Under the pieces are notes generated by a model, which saw only the letters and a program-made list of their open reading frames with translations, was not told the DNA's origin and made no database searches. Position numbers and translations under genes: made by a program. A DNA stretch of 64,000 bases from Rhizophagus irregularis (Eukaryota): contig NC_089432.1 of assembly GCF_026210795.1 (NCBI RefSeq), positions 5,580,001-5,644,000 on the forward strand. Reading direction: 5' to 3'. Numbering within the stretch: position 1 is the stretch's first letter; every line of letters begins with the position of its first letter. Shown here in pieces: positions 48,978 to 64,000 of this stretch.

Positions 48978-51361
48978 ATGGTGCTTGGTTTAGATGTACA
49001 AAATCAGGCCGCACTCCTTAAGGTCGTCATTCTCGGCCTTATTTCTTTTGTGGCCATAGCCAGTAGATTATTTAGCATTATTCGTTTTGAGAGCGTAATT
49101 CACGAGTTTGATCCTTGGTTTAATTACAGAGCAACGCGATATCTAGTTTCAACCTCTTTTTATGAGTTTTGGAATTGGTTCGACGAGCGTTCATGGTATC
49201 CATTAGGTCGTGTTGTAGGGGGAACTGTTTTTCCAGGTTTGATGGTAACTTCGGCTACCATCTACAACATTCTCCATGCGCTTAATTTTCCTGTAGATAT
49301 TCGTAATATCTGTGTCTTGCTCGCTCCAGCATTTTCAGCCTTTACTGCCATATCAGCATATCTTTTAACAGCTGAAATAAAAGACTCCTCAGCTGGTCTT
49401 TTGGCCGCTGCTTTTATTGGCGTAGCTCCGGGTTACATTTCGCGATCCGTTGCTGGTTCTTATGACAATGAAGGCATAGCAATATTTTTGCTTATGTTCA
49501 CATTTTATCTATGGATTAAAGGGCTTAAGGAAGGATCTGCTTTTTATGGTGCTTTAACCGCGTTATTTTATTTTTATATGGTAGCTGCATGGGGTAATTA
49601 TTAAGACTAAAAAACGATATTTTTTCAAGTTATTTCCCATTTATATTGATTTCATCTTATTCTTTACAGGTGGTTATGTTTTTATAATCAATTTAATTCC
49701 CCTTCATGCATTTGTGTTAATATTAATGGGAAGATTTTCATCTAGACTATATGTAGCATATTCATCTTTTTATGTTCTTGGTACATTAATGTCAATGCAA
49801 ATTCCATTCGTTGGGTTCCAGCCCACTCGAACAAGTGAACATATGGCAGCTTTGGGTAAACCATTTCTTTTCATATATTTCTCTTTTACGTCTTTTAATC
49901 TTTATATTTAAAAACTAAAAATATTTGTATTTCAAAGGTATATTTGGTATATTACAAATAATTGCTTTTGTGGAACTTGTAAGAACTCATCTTGCTTCAA
50001 AGATTTTATTCAAAAGTTTTATTGTTTTTTCATTCGTTGCCATGTTTTCTGCTTTGGTATTATTAACTCTGGGTGGATACATTGCACCATGGACTGGCCG
50101 TTTTTATTCTTTATGGGATACAGGATATGCAAAGAAATACATACCAATTATTGCATCAGTTTCAGAACATCAACCAACTGCATGGCCTTCTTTCTTTTTT
50201 GATTTGGAAATGCTTATTTTCCTTTTTCCTGTTGGAATATATTTATGTTTCCGCGAACTAAGAGACGAACACGTTTTTGTAATTTTGTATGGAATTACTG
50301 CATCATACTTTGCTGGTGTTATGGTTCGTTTGATGTTAACATTGACGCCGATTGTATGCGTAACAGCAGCTGTTGCTGTTTCACGTTTATTGGATTTATA
50401 TCTTGACATAAGTAATTTGGAAACGGATCGATCAGTAGATAGATCAGAATCAGATATCAAAGGAAAACATAAAAAGCCTAAAGAAGGTGGATCTCGTTCA
50501 TCACTCAACCAGTCTAAATCATTTGGAATTAAGGGCTTTGATACTCGTGCTATAGTTCTTATTAATTTCTATTTCTTTTTGGTCATTTTTGTTTGGCACT
50601 GTACTTGGGTTACATCTAATGCATATTCGTCACCATCAATTGTTCTTGCATCAAGTCATCCTGATGGAACACAATTTATTATTGATGATTTTAGAGAAGC
50701 TTATTATTGGCTTAGAAAAAATACCGATTATAACTCAAAAGTGATGTCTTGGTGGGATTATGGATATCAAATTGCTGGTATGGCAGATCGTACTACTTTA
50801 GTAGATAATAATACTTGGAATAATACTCATATTGCTACAGTTGGAAAAGCTATGGCTTCTTCTGAAGAAGTTGCTTATCAAATTATGAGAAGACATGACG
50901 TTAATTACGTTTTAGTTATTTTTGGTGGGCTATTGGGCTATTCAGGTGATGATATTAATAAATTTCTTTGGATGATAAGGATTGCCGAAGGTGTTTATCC
51001 CGATGAAGTAATAGAAGCAAATTTTTTTACTTCTCGTGGTGAATATAGAGTAGATGATGAAGCTACTCCAACAATGCGTAACAGTATAATGTATAAAATG
51101 AGTTATCATAATTATAATGAACTTTTTGGTGGACAAGGTCAGGATCGCGTTAGAGGTGCTCGATTACCTTCTGAAAAAATTAAATTAAGTACACTTGAAG
51201 AAGCTTACACGACTGAAAATTGGATTGTAAGAATTTACAAAGTAAAGGAATTAGATAATTTAGGACGTAGTTTGGAACAAGCGGCTGCATTTGATTCAGG
51301 TAAAAAAAGACGCCGAACGAAAACTAAAAAGAAGTCAACAAAAAATGCAACAAATGGATAA
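48978..51361 (+). CDS. STT3: Oligosaccharyltransferase catalytic subunit STT3, 3 exons
   Basis: [53 protein letters not shown] and DDINKFLWM motifs. Confidence 0.99.
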
Positions 51362-51558
51362 TCTTTAATTAAAAATGGAGGTTTAATTTTTTGATTTGCT
51401 TATTCAAATTACTACAATATCTATTGTACAGATTTATTTAAGTTCTATGAATTCTTTCTTTTTAAAAAAAAAATTATTATTTTAATACAATCACACTCAA
51501 AAACAAAATATACAATCCTATATTTAATAAATTAATAAAATACTAATACAGTAATAAA

Positions 51559-53907
51559 TTATGTTGCAGCGGAGCTATCTTCCAAATTAGAATTCTGTTG
51601 TGCTTCCATTTGTTGGAAATAAGATTCCCATAAACTAATTATCTGAATAAATAGATGTAAATATAAAATGCTTATCCTCAAAATAATAAAAAATAACCAT
51701 TTTAACTTACCTCCTTTTGGGTTTGAACCACTGACTCTAAAAAAGCTTCAACACCATTTTTAAAATCCTCCACTTTTTCCTTATCAAATCTATCTAACTC
51801 ATTTTTAATAAGTTTAGATACTTCCTCGAACTCATTTTTACAATCTTCAACCTTATGCTCAGCCTAAGATTAGGATATAATTGTTTAAGAAATAATTATT
51901 CAAGGATAAAAATCAAAGCAAATATATACCTCAGCAATTTGAGTTAGCATTCTATCTTGACTGAATCTTCCTTGGGATTTTGATCTTTCATAATTGGCTT
52001 TTTTCTTTTGCAAATCGGAAATGGAATTTTGCCACGTCTGATGAACTTTAGCGCGTGAATTAAATGCAACCTTTATTAAATTTTTAAAAATGTAAATTAT
52101 TTTTTAAAAAAAAGAAAAAGAAAAAAGAAATAAAACCTTCATTAATAAAAAATAGTATATACGAACTTTAATCGATGCAATTATACGAATGTACTCTCCT
52201 ACAGTATTTTCTAATGTAAGGACATCCTGACGTGCCTAATATGATATTAAAAGCTTTAGGAATTTTTTTTCCAATTTGCAATGTATCTTTTGCTTTAAAA
52301 TTAATAACAAGAAACCTGTTTTTCATGTAACTCCTTGATTTTTTGCTGTAAATTTCCTAAAATTGTTATATTACTGGCCAATGATTTGTTCAGCTCAGCA
52401 CCAGCCAAGGACAATAAACTGTTCCCAAAGTCAACTGTTGCACTACCTAAATCTAAAATAACCAATATTTATTTAATATCATTATATCTAATTAACTAAT
52501 GAAATATGAAATTAATACCTTTGCGTTGTTTGACTATTGCCTCAACTGATTTTAGCAATGTTTTCAGCTGTGATTCTAGAATGTCTAATTGATTTCTTCG
52601 ACTTTCAAACCACTGAAATTAATGTCTTGTCAATCAATGTTGATAAAATTTAAAATTATAAAAGTTAATTAATAACTCACTTCATCTGTTTCAGTAAATT
52701 TGTTAAAAGTAGCTGCATTCGACATTGCCTCGCCTAGCGATTTTAAAACGCCTTTAGATTCATCTTGATTTTTCCGTTTAACCTAAATAAAATTATTAAA
52801 ATTCTTCGCAAAGAATACATATTTTCTTTTTTAAAAAAAATTAATACTTACATCAATGGTAAAAGTGTCAGACTCCAAAAATAATTTTAAATCTGGATCA
52901 CGATATAATTTAGGATGAGAAGTAATTCTATTCAAACATTTTTCAAGAGCTTGGCGTCGATTTTCCACGAATTCATCTTGAAACCGACCTAGCGATAATT
53001 AAAAAAAAAAATATTATTAGAATTTATATGCTAAAGAAAAATTTATTTTTTTACTCTTATTTAATGAAAATACCAATAGCGTGCTTTTCTGGTATAGGAG
53101 GAACAATGACACCAGGATTTCCAAGAGTTAACCGATTATAGAGCCATAAGAAATCGCGATATCGTCTTAATACAGTAAATTCTCGACTTCTGAAAGCCGT
53201 AGACGTAGTCTAATTATGCAATAAGTTAAAATAAAATCATAAATAAATTTACCCTTGATAGTTCTAATAAAATTCGTACCCGTGTTCTGACTCTATAAAT
53301 TATATGTGCACTGATAGGATCACCAATTTTTTGAGGGTCTTCAACCGTGATTTTAAATGTTGGTATTGAGCCATCAGTCTAAGAAAATAATAATATTTAG
53401 AATTCATGTTTACAGTACAATTCAAACTCACAGGCTTCTTACCTTACTCGAATTATCAACACTTGCTAAAAATCGATCATTATGAACTCTTCTGGTGGCA
53501 GTCTCATCAAAGGACTCTTCACCGCTACTTTTTTCAGTAATATGGCTCTCAGTGGAAGCTGACGAAGCAGCATCTATTCCTTTTATGGAAGATACGTCTA
53601 CATCTTCGAATTCCCTTTCAAGAAGTTTGGAAGAATATATTGAAGCTTGAGGATCATAATCGGAGAGAGTTTGAGAGCTTTCTAAAGGGTCTATTGAACT
53701 AGGCACACCATTTTTGTTTATACGACTATTTAAAGTGTTATGATCGATTACTCTAGTGTCAGAGGATCCCTCCGATGCGACCAAAGGTGATATTACATCA
53801 TGAAATGGATTAGAAACATCCATTTCACTTAAAGTTTCGGATATAGTATTGCCTGAAGGCTTATTTATAAGGTCATCAAAGTTGTTTTCAAATTCTACAT
53901 TAGCCAT
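51559..53907 (-). CDS. VPS5: Sorting nexin Vps5/SNX1-2 (PX-BAR retromer subunit), multi-exon
   Basis: ITVEDPQKIGDPISAHIIY, FTVLRRYRDFLWLY, PGVIVPPIPEK, GRFQDEFVENRR (PX); BAR helices to RFDKEKVEDFK and ISLWESYF. Confidence 0.93.
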
Positions 53908-54497
53908 CTTTCTGACTATAAAACTCCAACTTTGAATTGCTCGCGTCGAAAGATATGCAGATCCTTAGAAATCCAGTAATTTGGTAACCAGTCAAATGAA
54001 ATTTTTTCTTTCGTGAATTTATTCCCGTTTCAAATGGCTGCCGGAAGTACGCGGACAATATGATTGGCCGCTGATGCGGAAAATATGTAGATATTTATAT
54101 AATTAACACCAACTGCGGTTAGTACAACATCTTAATTTACTTCTTTAATAAGAACAGAAGTACAGAAAACTCTCTACTATTTTACAACACCGGCAATTTA
54201 TCTTTCCTTTTATATATTATCTTGACACTTTACGCTCCCTCTCCCGTCTTTTCTTTAACTTTACAACTCATTTTTTGTTGAAAAGGTTTGACCATTAATT
54301 TCTATTTATATTTTTTTTCCTTGTAATTTAATTTTATATTGTTAACTTTTTTCGTGATCTTTAATTGCTTTCATCTTCTTTTCCCATACTCGTTTTAGAC
54401 GTCTTAACCAACGTAATAACTAGGTAGTCTCTACGGAATAAAAAAAGACAAGTTAAAAGAGACAAATACTTCATATTAGAGTTTTTTTGTCGCAACT

Positions 54498-57254
54498 ATG
54501 ATGGCTTCCGCAGTGAGTGAAAACTCAACGTCAAAGCATCTAGGTTTGTGTAGTCTTTTTTCGTTTTGTTGATATCCTGAATATCTTATATCAAGACTTA
54601 AATTCCTTTTAACTTAAAAGGGATTACTGAAAGTGTCGTGGAGAAAAAGTCCGAAAAACATTCACAAGTAGTTGAAAGACGATACACTACTCCTAATAAC
54701 GTTGTTGAGCCATTAAATATGACTACAACCACACAAACAACCGAAATACAAACGATATATTCTTCGTCGCCACCAAATATATCAAGTAAGATAATCACAG
54801 AAACTATAAATATTACCGGGCAAATATCATCAAAAGACAATCGTGCAAAGAGTCCTTTAAGAACTCATTCCGAACCATCAGCTATAAAGCCTACTACTGA
54901 TGAAAAAAGAACAGTTAGTTTTCCTGTAGAAGTTACGTCAAAGTCACCTAGTTCCGATGGTTTAGATAGTACACTTGAAATCGATACAGATTTGCAAAAT
55001 GATATTTCTGTCGAACCAAAAACGCCTAGAGGAACACCCAATCGAAGTTTTACTACACCGATTCCTAAACCAAGACCTAATAGCATGACTGCTTTGACAG
55101 ATGAACAAAATCAAAATGTCCCTCAACGTTCAGCTACTACAGCAGGGAAAGCAAAAAAGAATATATCGTTAATAGAAAATAGAAGGAAGGAAGGAAAGCT
55201 TAAAAGAAGGAACACTTTTAATGCAATCGGATTGGGTGGGGATATCGCGTTAGACGAAGAGACACAAAAAATGGCAGAAAATGTCAAAAGGAGATTATCA
55301 AAACGTAGAACTCGTGAAAAGGATAAAGATGATTTAGACGAGGGGGTCATGATTGGTACAAGAATCGGGGAAGATCACGTTAACTATGTTCTTATGTACA
55401 ATATGTTGACGGGTATTCGAGTGGGCGTAAGTTTAATTTGATTTAATTAATTGCAGAAAGTCAATGTCTGTAGGCTGATCCTATTAATTTTCAAGGTATC
55501 CCGATGTAATGCAAAAATGCATAGAGAACTAGTTGATTCTGATTTCAAGGCTGCACATAAATTTTCATTTGATATGTAAGAAACAATTACCTATAAAAAT
55601 TCGTAATTAACTGACGGATATTTTGAAATTAACCAACATATGTTTATACAGAACGGGAAATGAACTTACACCTTCAGCTAAATATGACTTTAAATTCAAA
55701 GATTATGCTCCATGGGTTTTCCGTCGTCTTCGTGAATTTTTTCACATTGATGCTGCGGATTATCTTGTTTCTTTAACGAGTAAATATATTTTGTCAGAGT
55801 TGGGTTCACCGGGTAAAAGTGGAAGCTTCTTTTATTTTTCTCGAGATTATCGTTTTATTATAAAAACGATACATCATACCGAACATAAATTTTTGCGTAA
55901 GATTTTGAAGGAATATTACGAGGTTTGTCAAAGCTATTTTTGGATATTTGAGATTTAAGCTTATTTTTAATTATCATACTATATTGAATTATCTTTATAG
56001 CACATAAGAAACAACCCAGATACATTACTTTCCCGCTTTTATGGACTTCATAGAGTGAAATTACCACGCGGACAAAAAATTCACTTTGTAATAATGAATA
56101 ATATATTTCCTCCGCATCGAGATATTCATGAAACTTATGATTTGAAGGTACTTCATACTTTTATTCATAACAAGTTCTTCAAATACAAATGTATGATGTT
56201 TTTATTTTATTAGGGGTCAACAGTGGGACGTGAATATAATGAAGCTGATGCGGCAAAGAATCCGCGCGCCGTTCTTAAAGATTTGAATTGGATTAAACGA
56301 GGGCGACATCTGGAACTTGGCCCCGAGAAACGTAAACTTTTCGTCGAACAGCTTGAGAAAGACGTCGCAGTAAGTTTTAATTATTACATGTTTATGTCTA
56401 TAAAATTTACATTAACACTTTTCTCTCTGGTTCAACATTTGTCCATATTTTATTTTTATTTTTTTTAAAGTTGCTTCAACGTCTGAATATTATGGATTAT
56501 AGCCTTTTAGTAGGTTTGCATGATACCTCTCGTGGTAATAAAGACAAAGTTCGAGAAGATTTCTTTGTATTTCAGGTATGTCAAGACTCAGGCCTATTTA
56601 AATATATCCGAATATTTCATTTTTTATAAAACTACAATCCTTTCTTTATCTAGCCAAATACCACGAAAATTGAGCGTATTCCATCAAGTCATAAGCGGGA
56701 AAGTAAAGCTTCAAAATTACGTAAGGCTGTAGGAGAAACTGAGCCATCGAAGCTAGGTCCTTCAACTACTAAGCTTGTGCTAAATCCTCATAATGAGTAA
56801 GAATTGGATTAAATATTTATTTGTACTTGTTCATAAATTTCTTTTGTCGTAACTCCAAACTCCAAATTCTAAATTTGCTAGACGCCGTAAGTGTAGATTT
56901 TACATGGACGATGGTGGTTTTTCTGGAACAGATGAACATGACAATCCCACCAATTATATTTATTACTTGGGAGTTATCGATATTTTGACACCATATAATA
57001 CGGTTAAGAAAGTTGAACATGCATGGAAATCATTAAAAGACGACAAGGTGTTTATTTAATTTTGACCGTATATATTTTTCGACAGTTTATATAAATATTT
57101 GAGTAATTCATAAAAAAAAATTTTTTTTCAGCTGTACATATCTGCTGTACATCCACAATGGTACGGAAAACGCTTTTTTGACTTTATGTTTAAGACCATA
57201 AAGTATAATGATGGTTCAACAGAACAAACCAAACCAGAAAATACTGAAGTTTAA
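54498..57254 (+). CDS. MSS4: Phosphatidylinositol-4-phosphate 5-kinase (Mss4/Its3), multi-exon
   Basis: [85 protein letters not shown]. Confidence 0.97.
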
Positions 57255-58654
57255 CAATGCTGAAACTCTTAAATTGAAAAATATATATATATATATATAT
57301 TATATTTTTCATTATCCTTCATCTTTCCCCATTCTCATCCCTATTAATAACATATTGGTTTTAATTATTTCTTTCTTTTATTACTCGTTTTATGAGCATT
57401 ATAATTTTAAACTCTTATTTATTTCTACAATCAACGTCACATATTTTCAATCATTTTTCTAAGTATGTTCTCATGTTCTCAACCTTGTTAATGTTATAAT
57501 CGATTTTGGATGGGTGAATATGTTTTGAGGAAAGTGGATACTACAAGGTCAATGTCTAATAATTCTTCAATTTAACTTATAATTACCTATACGCGTCGAT
57601 TGGCATTTAAACAAAAAAAACATTCGTTTTTAAAACATTATCATTTTCATAATTCACAATACCATCACATTTATAAACAGGTATTTATACTAAAAGCAAC
57701 TATACACTTTTCAGTTTACTGACTAATTCAAATTATACATTCTTTATTCACACCTCATATTTCAGCCTACAAATTTTTGTAAATGGCATTTTATTTATTA
57801 AACGGATAGATTAAATCTTTTCGCTTAGCTTCAATGTTTTTCTGTTTAAAAAAAACGTTACACTTTCTTTTTCCTTGATTCAGGTCAAATTAATTAAAAA
57901 TTTTTATATTTTATATTGTACAGTTTTTTTGTCTGACTTTAATAACAATTATAACTATATATCGTATGTGGTTTGGTTTTTTTATTCCTTTACATTATAC
58001 TAGATGGTTATTGTTTCTCCTAGTACAAATAGTTATAACTTACAATTTAGCCTCTAGATATACAAAATTTTGATTAGAGAAATGTACCTTTTCTTATTAT
58101 ATATATATATATACACAAAAAAAAAAAATTGAATATTTGTTTGCAATTTTCCTTCAGAGGGCATATATTATTATTATTCAGTATAATGTTTGTTTATAAA
58201 TTCTTTGATAAATTTCTTTAATTATTGATATCTAGTTTTATACAAATATATTCAAATTATGATACATCTCCCGAAATTCTTTACTGCAAGTAGCAGCAAG
58301 ATCAAGTTTCTCAAACCCTTCTCTATTTTTGCTTGTATATTATTTGATGCTTTATATAAAGTGAAAATTTTATTTTGTAAAATGGGTAAAAAAAAAAATT
58401 AAAAAAGCTGAACAATTTCTTCAGATTTAATTCAACAAGTTACAATATAATAAAAGGAAAGGAAAAATGGAATCAAATCCCAAATATGTCACCAAACACA
58501 AAAACAGAAAATAAAAAATCTCATACTATAAATCGCAGAGGGACATAAAGGAAGACGTGAGAAAATTTAGATAGTACATTAATATATTTAATTCATATTA
58601 TTATTAACCTATAGCATAAGTTCTAATTTGGCTATTCGTCCCCTAAAGCTACCA

Positions 58655-60142
<1,488 letters not shown>

Positions 60143-62099
60143 TTCGTTTGTTAAAAAAAAGAGAAAAAGATATTTGTAAAGTGGTAAATTGCGTGTTGTA
60201 GAGAGAGATGAACCGAAGCTTTTTAGAAGTTACAAAGGCTAGAATACCGCGGGGTGTGGTATTATAGGCAAAGATTGATCAACGAAAATTTGGGGGGAGT
60301 GACCAAAGTTATTTATATAGCAATAATATGGATTCTCGTGCCACACTTTTTATGATTGGCTGTCTTTTAAGCCCGCAGCCTTTTGTTTGGCTTAATATGC
60401 AAGTGTTTTCTTCATAATGCATTGATCACAATAACTCTGCAAAAATGGGATAAAAAAATTAAATTATGTCTAATTATTTTAACTCTTCAAGAAATTTTTT
60501 TGAACTCCGTCAATCATCCACAATGAATCCCCAAAAAGGAATTTCTAAAAAAAAAGTTTAATTAGAAATTTTTCACACCAAGCGATACATTATGTTTCTG
60601 GTTGCATTGCTAACTGGCTGAATTACACGATTAAAACCATCACGTCCTAATATTAATATATTGTTTTACCGAAATAGTCAAAAAATAAAAAAAAAATATT
60701 AATACAAATCAATAAACAATTTATATATATATGTTAAAAAACTATATATGTATAAAAATTTTATACAAGTCATCTAATATTTATAAACCTGTATTATATT
60801 ACATAAAATACCTGCTTTAAATCTTTATTAAATTAATTTTACTAACTGCTAATAAATTTATAAAATTATACAGTATATAGTCTGGAATCCAATATAAATT
60901 TATCAAATAAATTTATTAAAATTAAAAATTTTTGGATCTCAATATAATTTAATAAATATTAATTAAAACTAATTATTAGCCTATAAAATTTAAATACTTT
61001 TTCAAAAGAGCATTGCTAAATCTTATCACAGGTAATTTTCACTACATTAGCATTAGCAAATATTAATGAGTGGAGTTTCATAACTAAGGTAGGTTACTTG
61101 CCTAAATCTCTTCAAAAAAATCTTATATAAATTAGTTTTTCTAAGATTTTATACTGTAGTTTTATTATAATTTTAACAAGGTTTCAGCAGTTTTAGCATT
61201 TATAATAAATCATATTGGCAGATATCAGCCAAACATAGTAAATAAATTAGAAAATTAGATTTTTTCATTTCTATAATAAATTTGTTATAGCAAATGATAT
61301 GTGATAAAATAAATTCGCTGATATATTTTGTTAGGTTTTATTTTCTCCAAAATTTTTAATAAGACTTTCATATAGTTTTAACAAAATTTCACTATTTTGG
61401 CATTTTATCAATAGAAATCCTTAATGTATACCCTATGAAAAAATATCATCCAATTTTTGTACAATATTTGTTCAAGTCCGTGTGAAAATTGTACAATTAT
61501 TGCAGATTTTTGGATAAAAATAGCTATGAAGTTTTTCATAACATATTAAAAGTATGCAATTTTTGTACAACTTAAATTTAGGATATAGAAAATATTCAAT
61601 ATTTGTGTGATCTTTATACAACTTAAATTTAGAATACAGAAAACATTCAATTTTTGTACAAACAATAAAGTAGGAGCCAAAAAGTTTGTTGCTATTATGT
61701 CAAATAATAGCTCAAATGTTGCAGTAGCATAAGATACTGTAATTACCAACAATTACCCAAATATAATTAATGTTCGATATATTGCATATTGCGTAAACCT
61801 GATAAGACCGGATTAATTAAAAAGTATGTTTAACATAATATATAAGCTTACAACAAGAGAGGAAAAGGATTATTGAACAATAATATATAAGTTGAACAAA
61901 TATAATTTTAGCCAGAATTATCTCTATTCTAACCAAAATTTTTATATTTAATAACTTCTGAAAGAAATTCAAATAATGAGAAATATATTTTTAATATGTA
62001 ATAAAATTGTATATTTTTATTGCAATTATATGTTTGTTTATTACAAAATATTAAAAATCTCTCTTTCTTTTTCAATTATTAGTTTTGATTTCAATTCTT

Positions 62100-63300
62100 T
62101 TAAAAAAATTTTTTTTTGAAGTTTGACATATACTATATAAAGGAAATACAAATTTATATTTTGATGTCATATGCATCAAAATATCTACTACCAATCCTTA
62201 ATCATATCCATACCAATAATATATGGGTGTAAGATTCTTTCATGATGAATAATATATATGCTAGTTCTATTGGTAATTCACATGTAATTTTTTTACATAC
62301 AAATAAAATGTTATATAATGCATGATCTTTGGGTACTAAAGATAATTCACAATTATAATCCCATTCATCAATAACATATTGAAATTGAGATTTTTGTATT
62401 ACTGTTAAAGCCTTTTTACTATAAAGATATCAGAATTTTTTATATTGAAAGTATTGAATAATATCACAAACTTTTGTATTTGTTAAAACAGCTGCTGATA
62501 CTCTTTCTATACTTTTTATAGCCATCATTAACATAAAATGAAATTGTTCAGCTATATCAGTATGGTATACAGTTTCAAATTTTTTATAACAATCTGTATT
62601 AGTTAAATTTGTAAAAAAAAAAATTTTAATAATTATAATTAAAAACAAAATTTATTAAATAATTGATTAAATATATTTACAATTTGATGAAACAGAATCT
62701 AGTAAAAATTCTATATTTTCAAAAGTATGCAAAAAAAGTTGAATTGGTTTATAAATATCACAATTCATGTCATGGTATTTTTTAATTAAAAAAACTTAAT
62801 TAAATTAATATATAAAAAATGTAAAAAATTATATTTAATCCATTTAAAATCTTACTTGAAATGAATAATAACAAATTCTACAATGCATTTTAAGAAACAC
62901 TTGAAAATTCTTTTTCTTTGATAAAATGTCAGCAGATGTTTTAAAAATATTTAATAATTTATCAATCTCAAGGATAATTTGTTTAATAATTCAAATATTG
63001 AATAAATAAAATTTAAAATTAATATTTTTTTTAAAAAAAATTAATATCTTAAAAAAATTGTCAATGTTTTGATTATTTACTGGTTCATAATATTGAAAAA
63101 GATTTTCATGCAATACTAATCTCTTAGCAGCATTTGTTAAATATTAAGTATACAATCATATAATCTATTTTTCAAATTTGTATTTTTATTTGCAATAGCA
63201 CAAATTTCATTAATGTATCAGCTTTTTAAAAAATCCCTTTCAAATCTGCGCTTATTGATTCTCTCATAATTGCAATTTCCTAAAGTTCCAAATTAATAAT
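62100..63300 (-). pseudogene. Decayed intron-containing DNA-transposase-like gene (C-terminal half; possibly Zator-type)
   Basis: Broken minus-strand frames: EIAIMRESISADL...RLVLHENLFQYYEP, HCRICYYSFQ|IKKYHDMNCDIYKPI, CYKKFETVYHT, EWDYNCELSLVPKDH...KITCELPIELAY. Many stops. The family label is from recollection of similar proteins and is unverified. Confidence 0.55.
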
Positions 63301-63345
63301 AAATATAATTCGCTTTGCAGGGTTTACCTAGCTGTGATATGATAC

Positions 63346-63488
63346 ATAGAATTCTGAACAGATTATCCAAATTCAGGTAACCTGACAGGTTGACCTGAAT
63401 TTTCAGATCAGGTTTAGCAATTGCAATTCAGCATCAATTCAGGTTGTAACATCAGTATAACCTGAATGACCTGTTGACCTGAAACTAT
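63346..63488. repeat. Short element rich in ACCTGA/TCAGGT subterminal-type repeats
   Basis: About seven ACCTG(A)/(T)CAGGT hexamers in both orientations within 140 bp; ends TAGAATTC... and ...GAAACTATA are loosely inverted. Confidence 0.5.
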
Positions 63489-63495
63489 AATTTTA

Positions 63496-63806
63496 TATAA
63501 GTGAGTTATGGTATTATAATTCACTTTTTATATTGATTTTATATAATAAAAGTGAATTGTGATATTGGAATTCACTTTTTTATATCGATTTTATATATAA
63601 AAAGTGAATTGCAATATCGGAATTCACTTTTTTATATCATTTTTATATATAAAAAGTGAATTGCAGTATCAGAATTCACTTTTTTATATCATTTTATATA
63701 TATAAAAAGTAAATTGCAGTATCAGAATTCACTTTTTTATATCATTTTATATATATAAAAAGTGAATTGCGGTATCAGAATTCACTTTTTTATACCCTAT
63801 AAAAAG
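63496..63806. repeat. Tandem array of six ~52-bp internally palindromic units
   Basis: AAAAGTGAATT-(9-10 nt)-AATTCACTTTT core recurs at about 63500, 63551, 63603, 63655, 63708 and 63761 (period 51-53). Confidence 0.93.
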
Positions 63807-63809
63807 TAT

Positions 63810-64000
63810 TATACTTAAAATATACTTAAAATATATTTAAAATATACTTAATTTAAAAATTGCAAAATACTTATAATATATTTTTAATATATCTAAAATA
63901 TACTTAAAATTATCTTAAAATATATGTCTAATATATTTAATTTTTGCCCATATACTTAAAATATATTTAAAATATATTTAAATTAAAATTTAAGTATATT
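63810..64000. repeat. Degenerate 11-bp repeat (TATACTTAAAA)n running off the window end
   Basis: Repeated atacttaaaat / atatttaaaat units. Confidence 0.75.

Noticed and set aside
63496..63806. CRISPR-like look of palindromic repeats with spacers
   Set aside because: The spacers are copies of each other, not unique; eukaryotic context; no cas genes.

Overview
A very AT-rich, intron-rich eukaryotic window. Gene content and repeat style point to an early-diverging fungus, most likely an arbuscular mycorrhizal fungus (Glomeromycota); this is inference, not a database result. The window has three parts. (1) 1-16.5 kb is repeat-rich: nested MITE-like elements, minisatellites, one orphan two-exon gene and a mosaic of decayed multi-copy gene fragments. 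(2) 17-60 kb is a compact housekeeping block: an LCLAT/AGPAT acyltransferase, a beta-TrCP/FWD1-like F-box WD40 protein, a two-TM protein, XMAP215/Stu2, UBP6, RPP2, a PPR protein, prefoldin 6, dynein roadblock, SPF45, RPS0, a GW/WG-RGG protein, STT3, VPS5, MSS4 and UBC4. (3) 60.7-64 kb is repeat-derived: a decayed transposase and palindromic tandem repeats. The strongest leads are an uncharacterised ~620 aa GW/WG plus RGG protein (Argonaute-hook candidate) next to an RPS0 with a ~200 aa Trp-repeat tail and next to the UHM protein SPF45; an XMAP215 that appears to lack TOG5; and candidate poison exons in SPF45 and UBC4. Exon boundaries were read by eye and all homology calls come from motif recognition, not searches.
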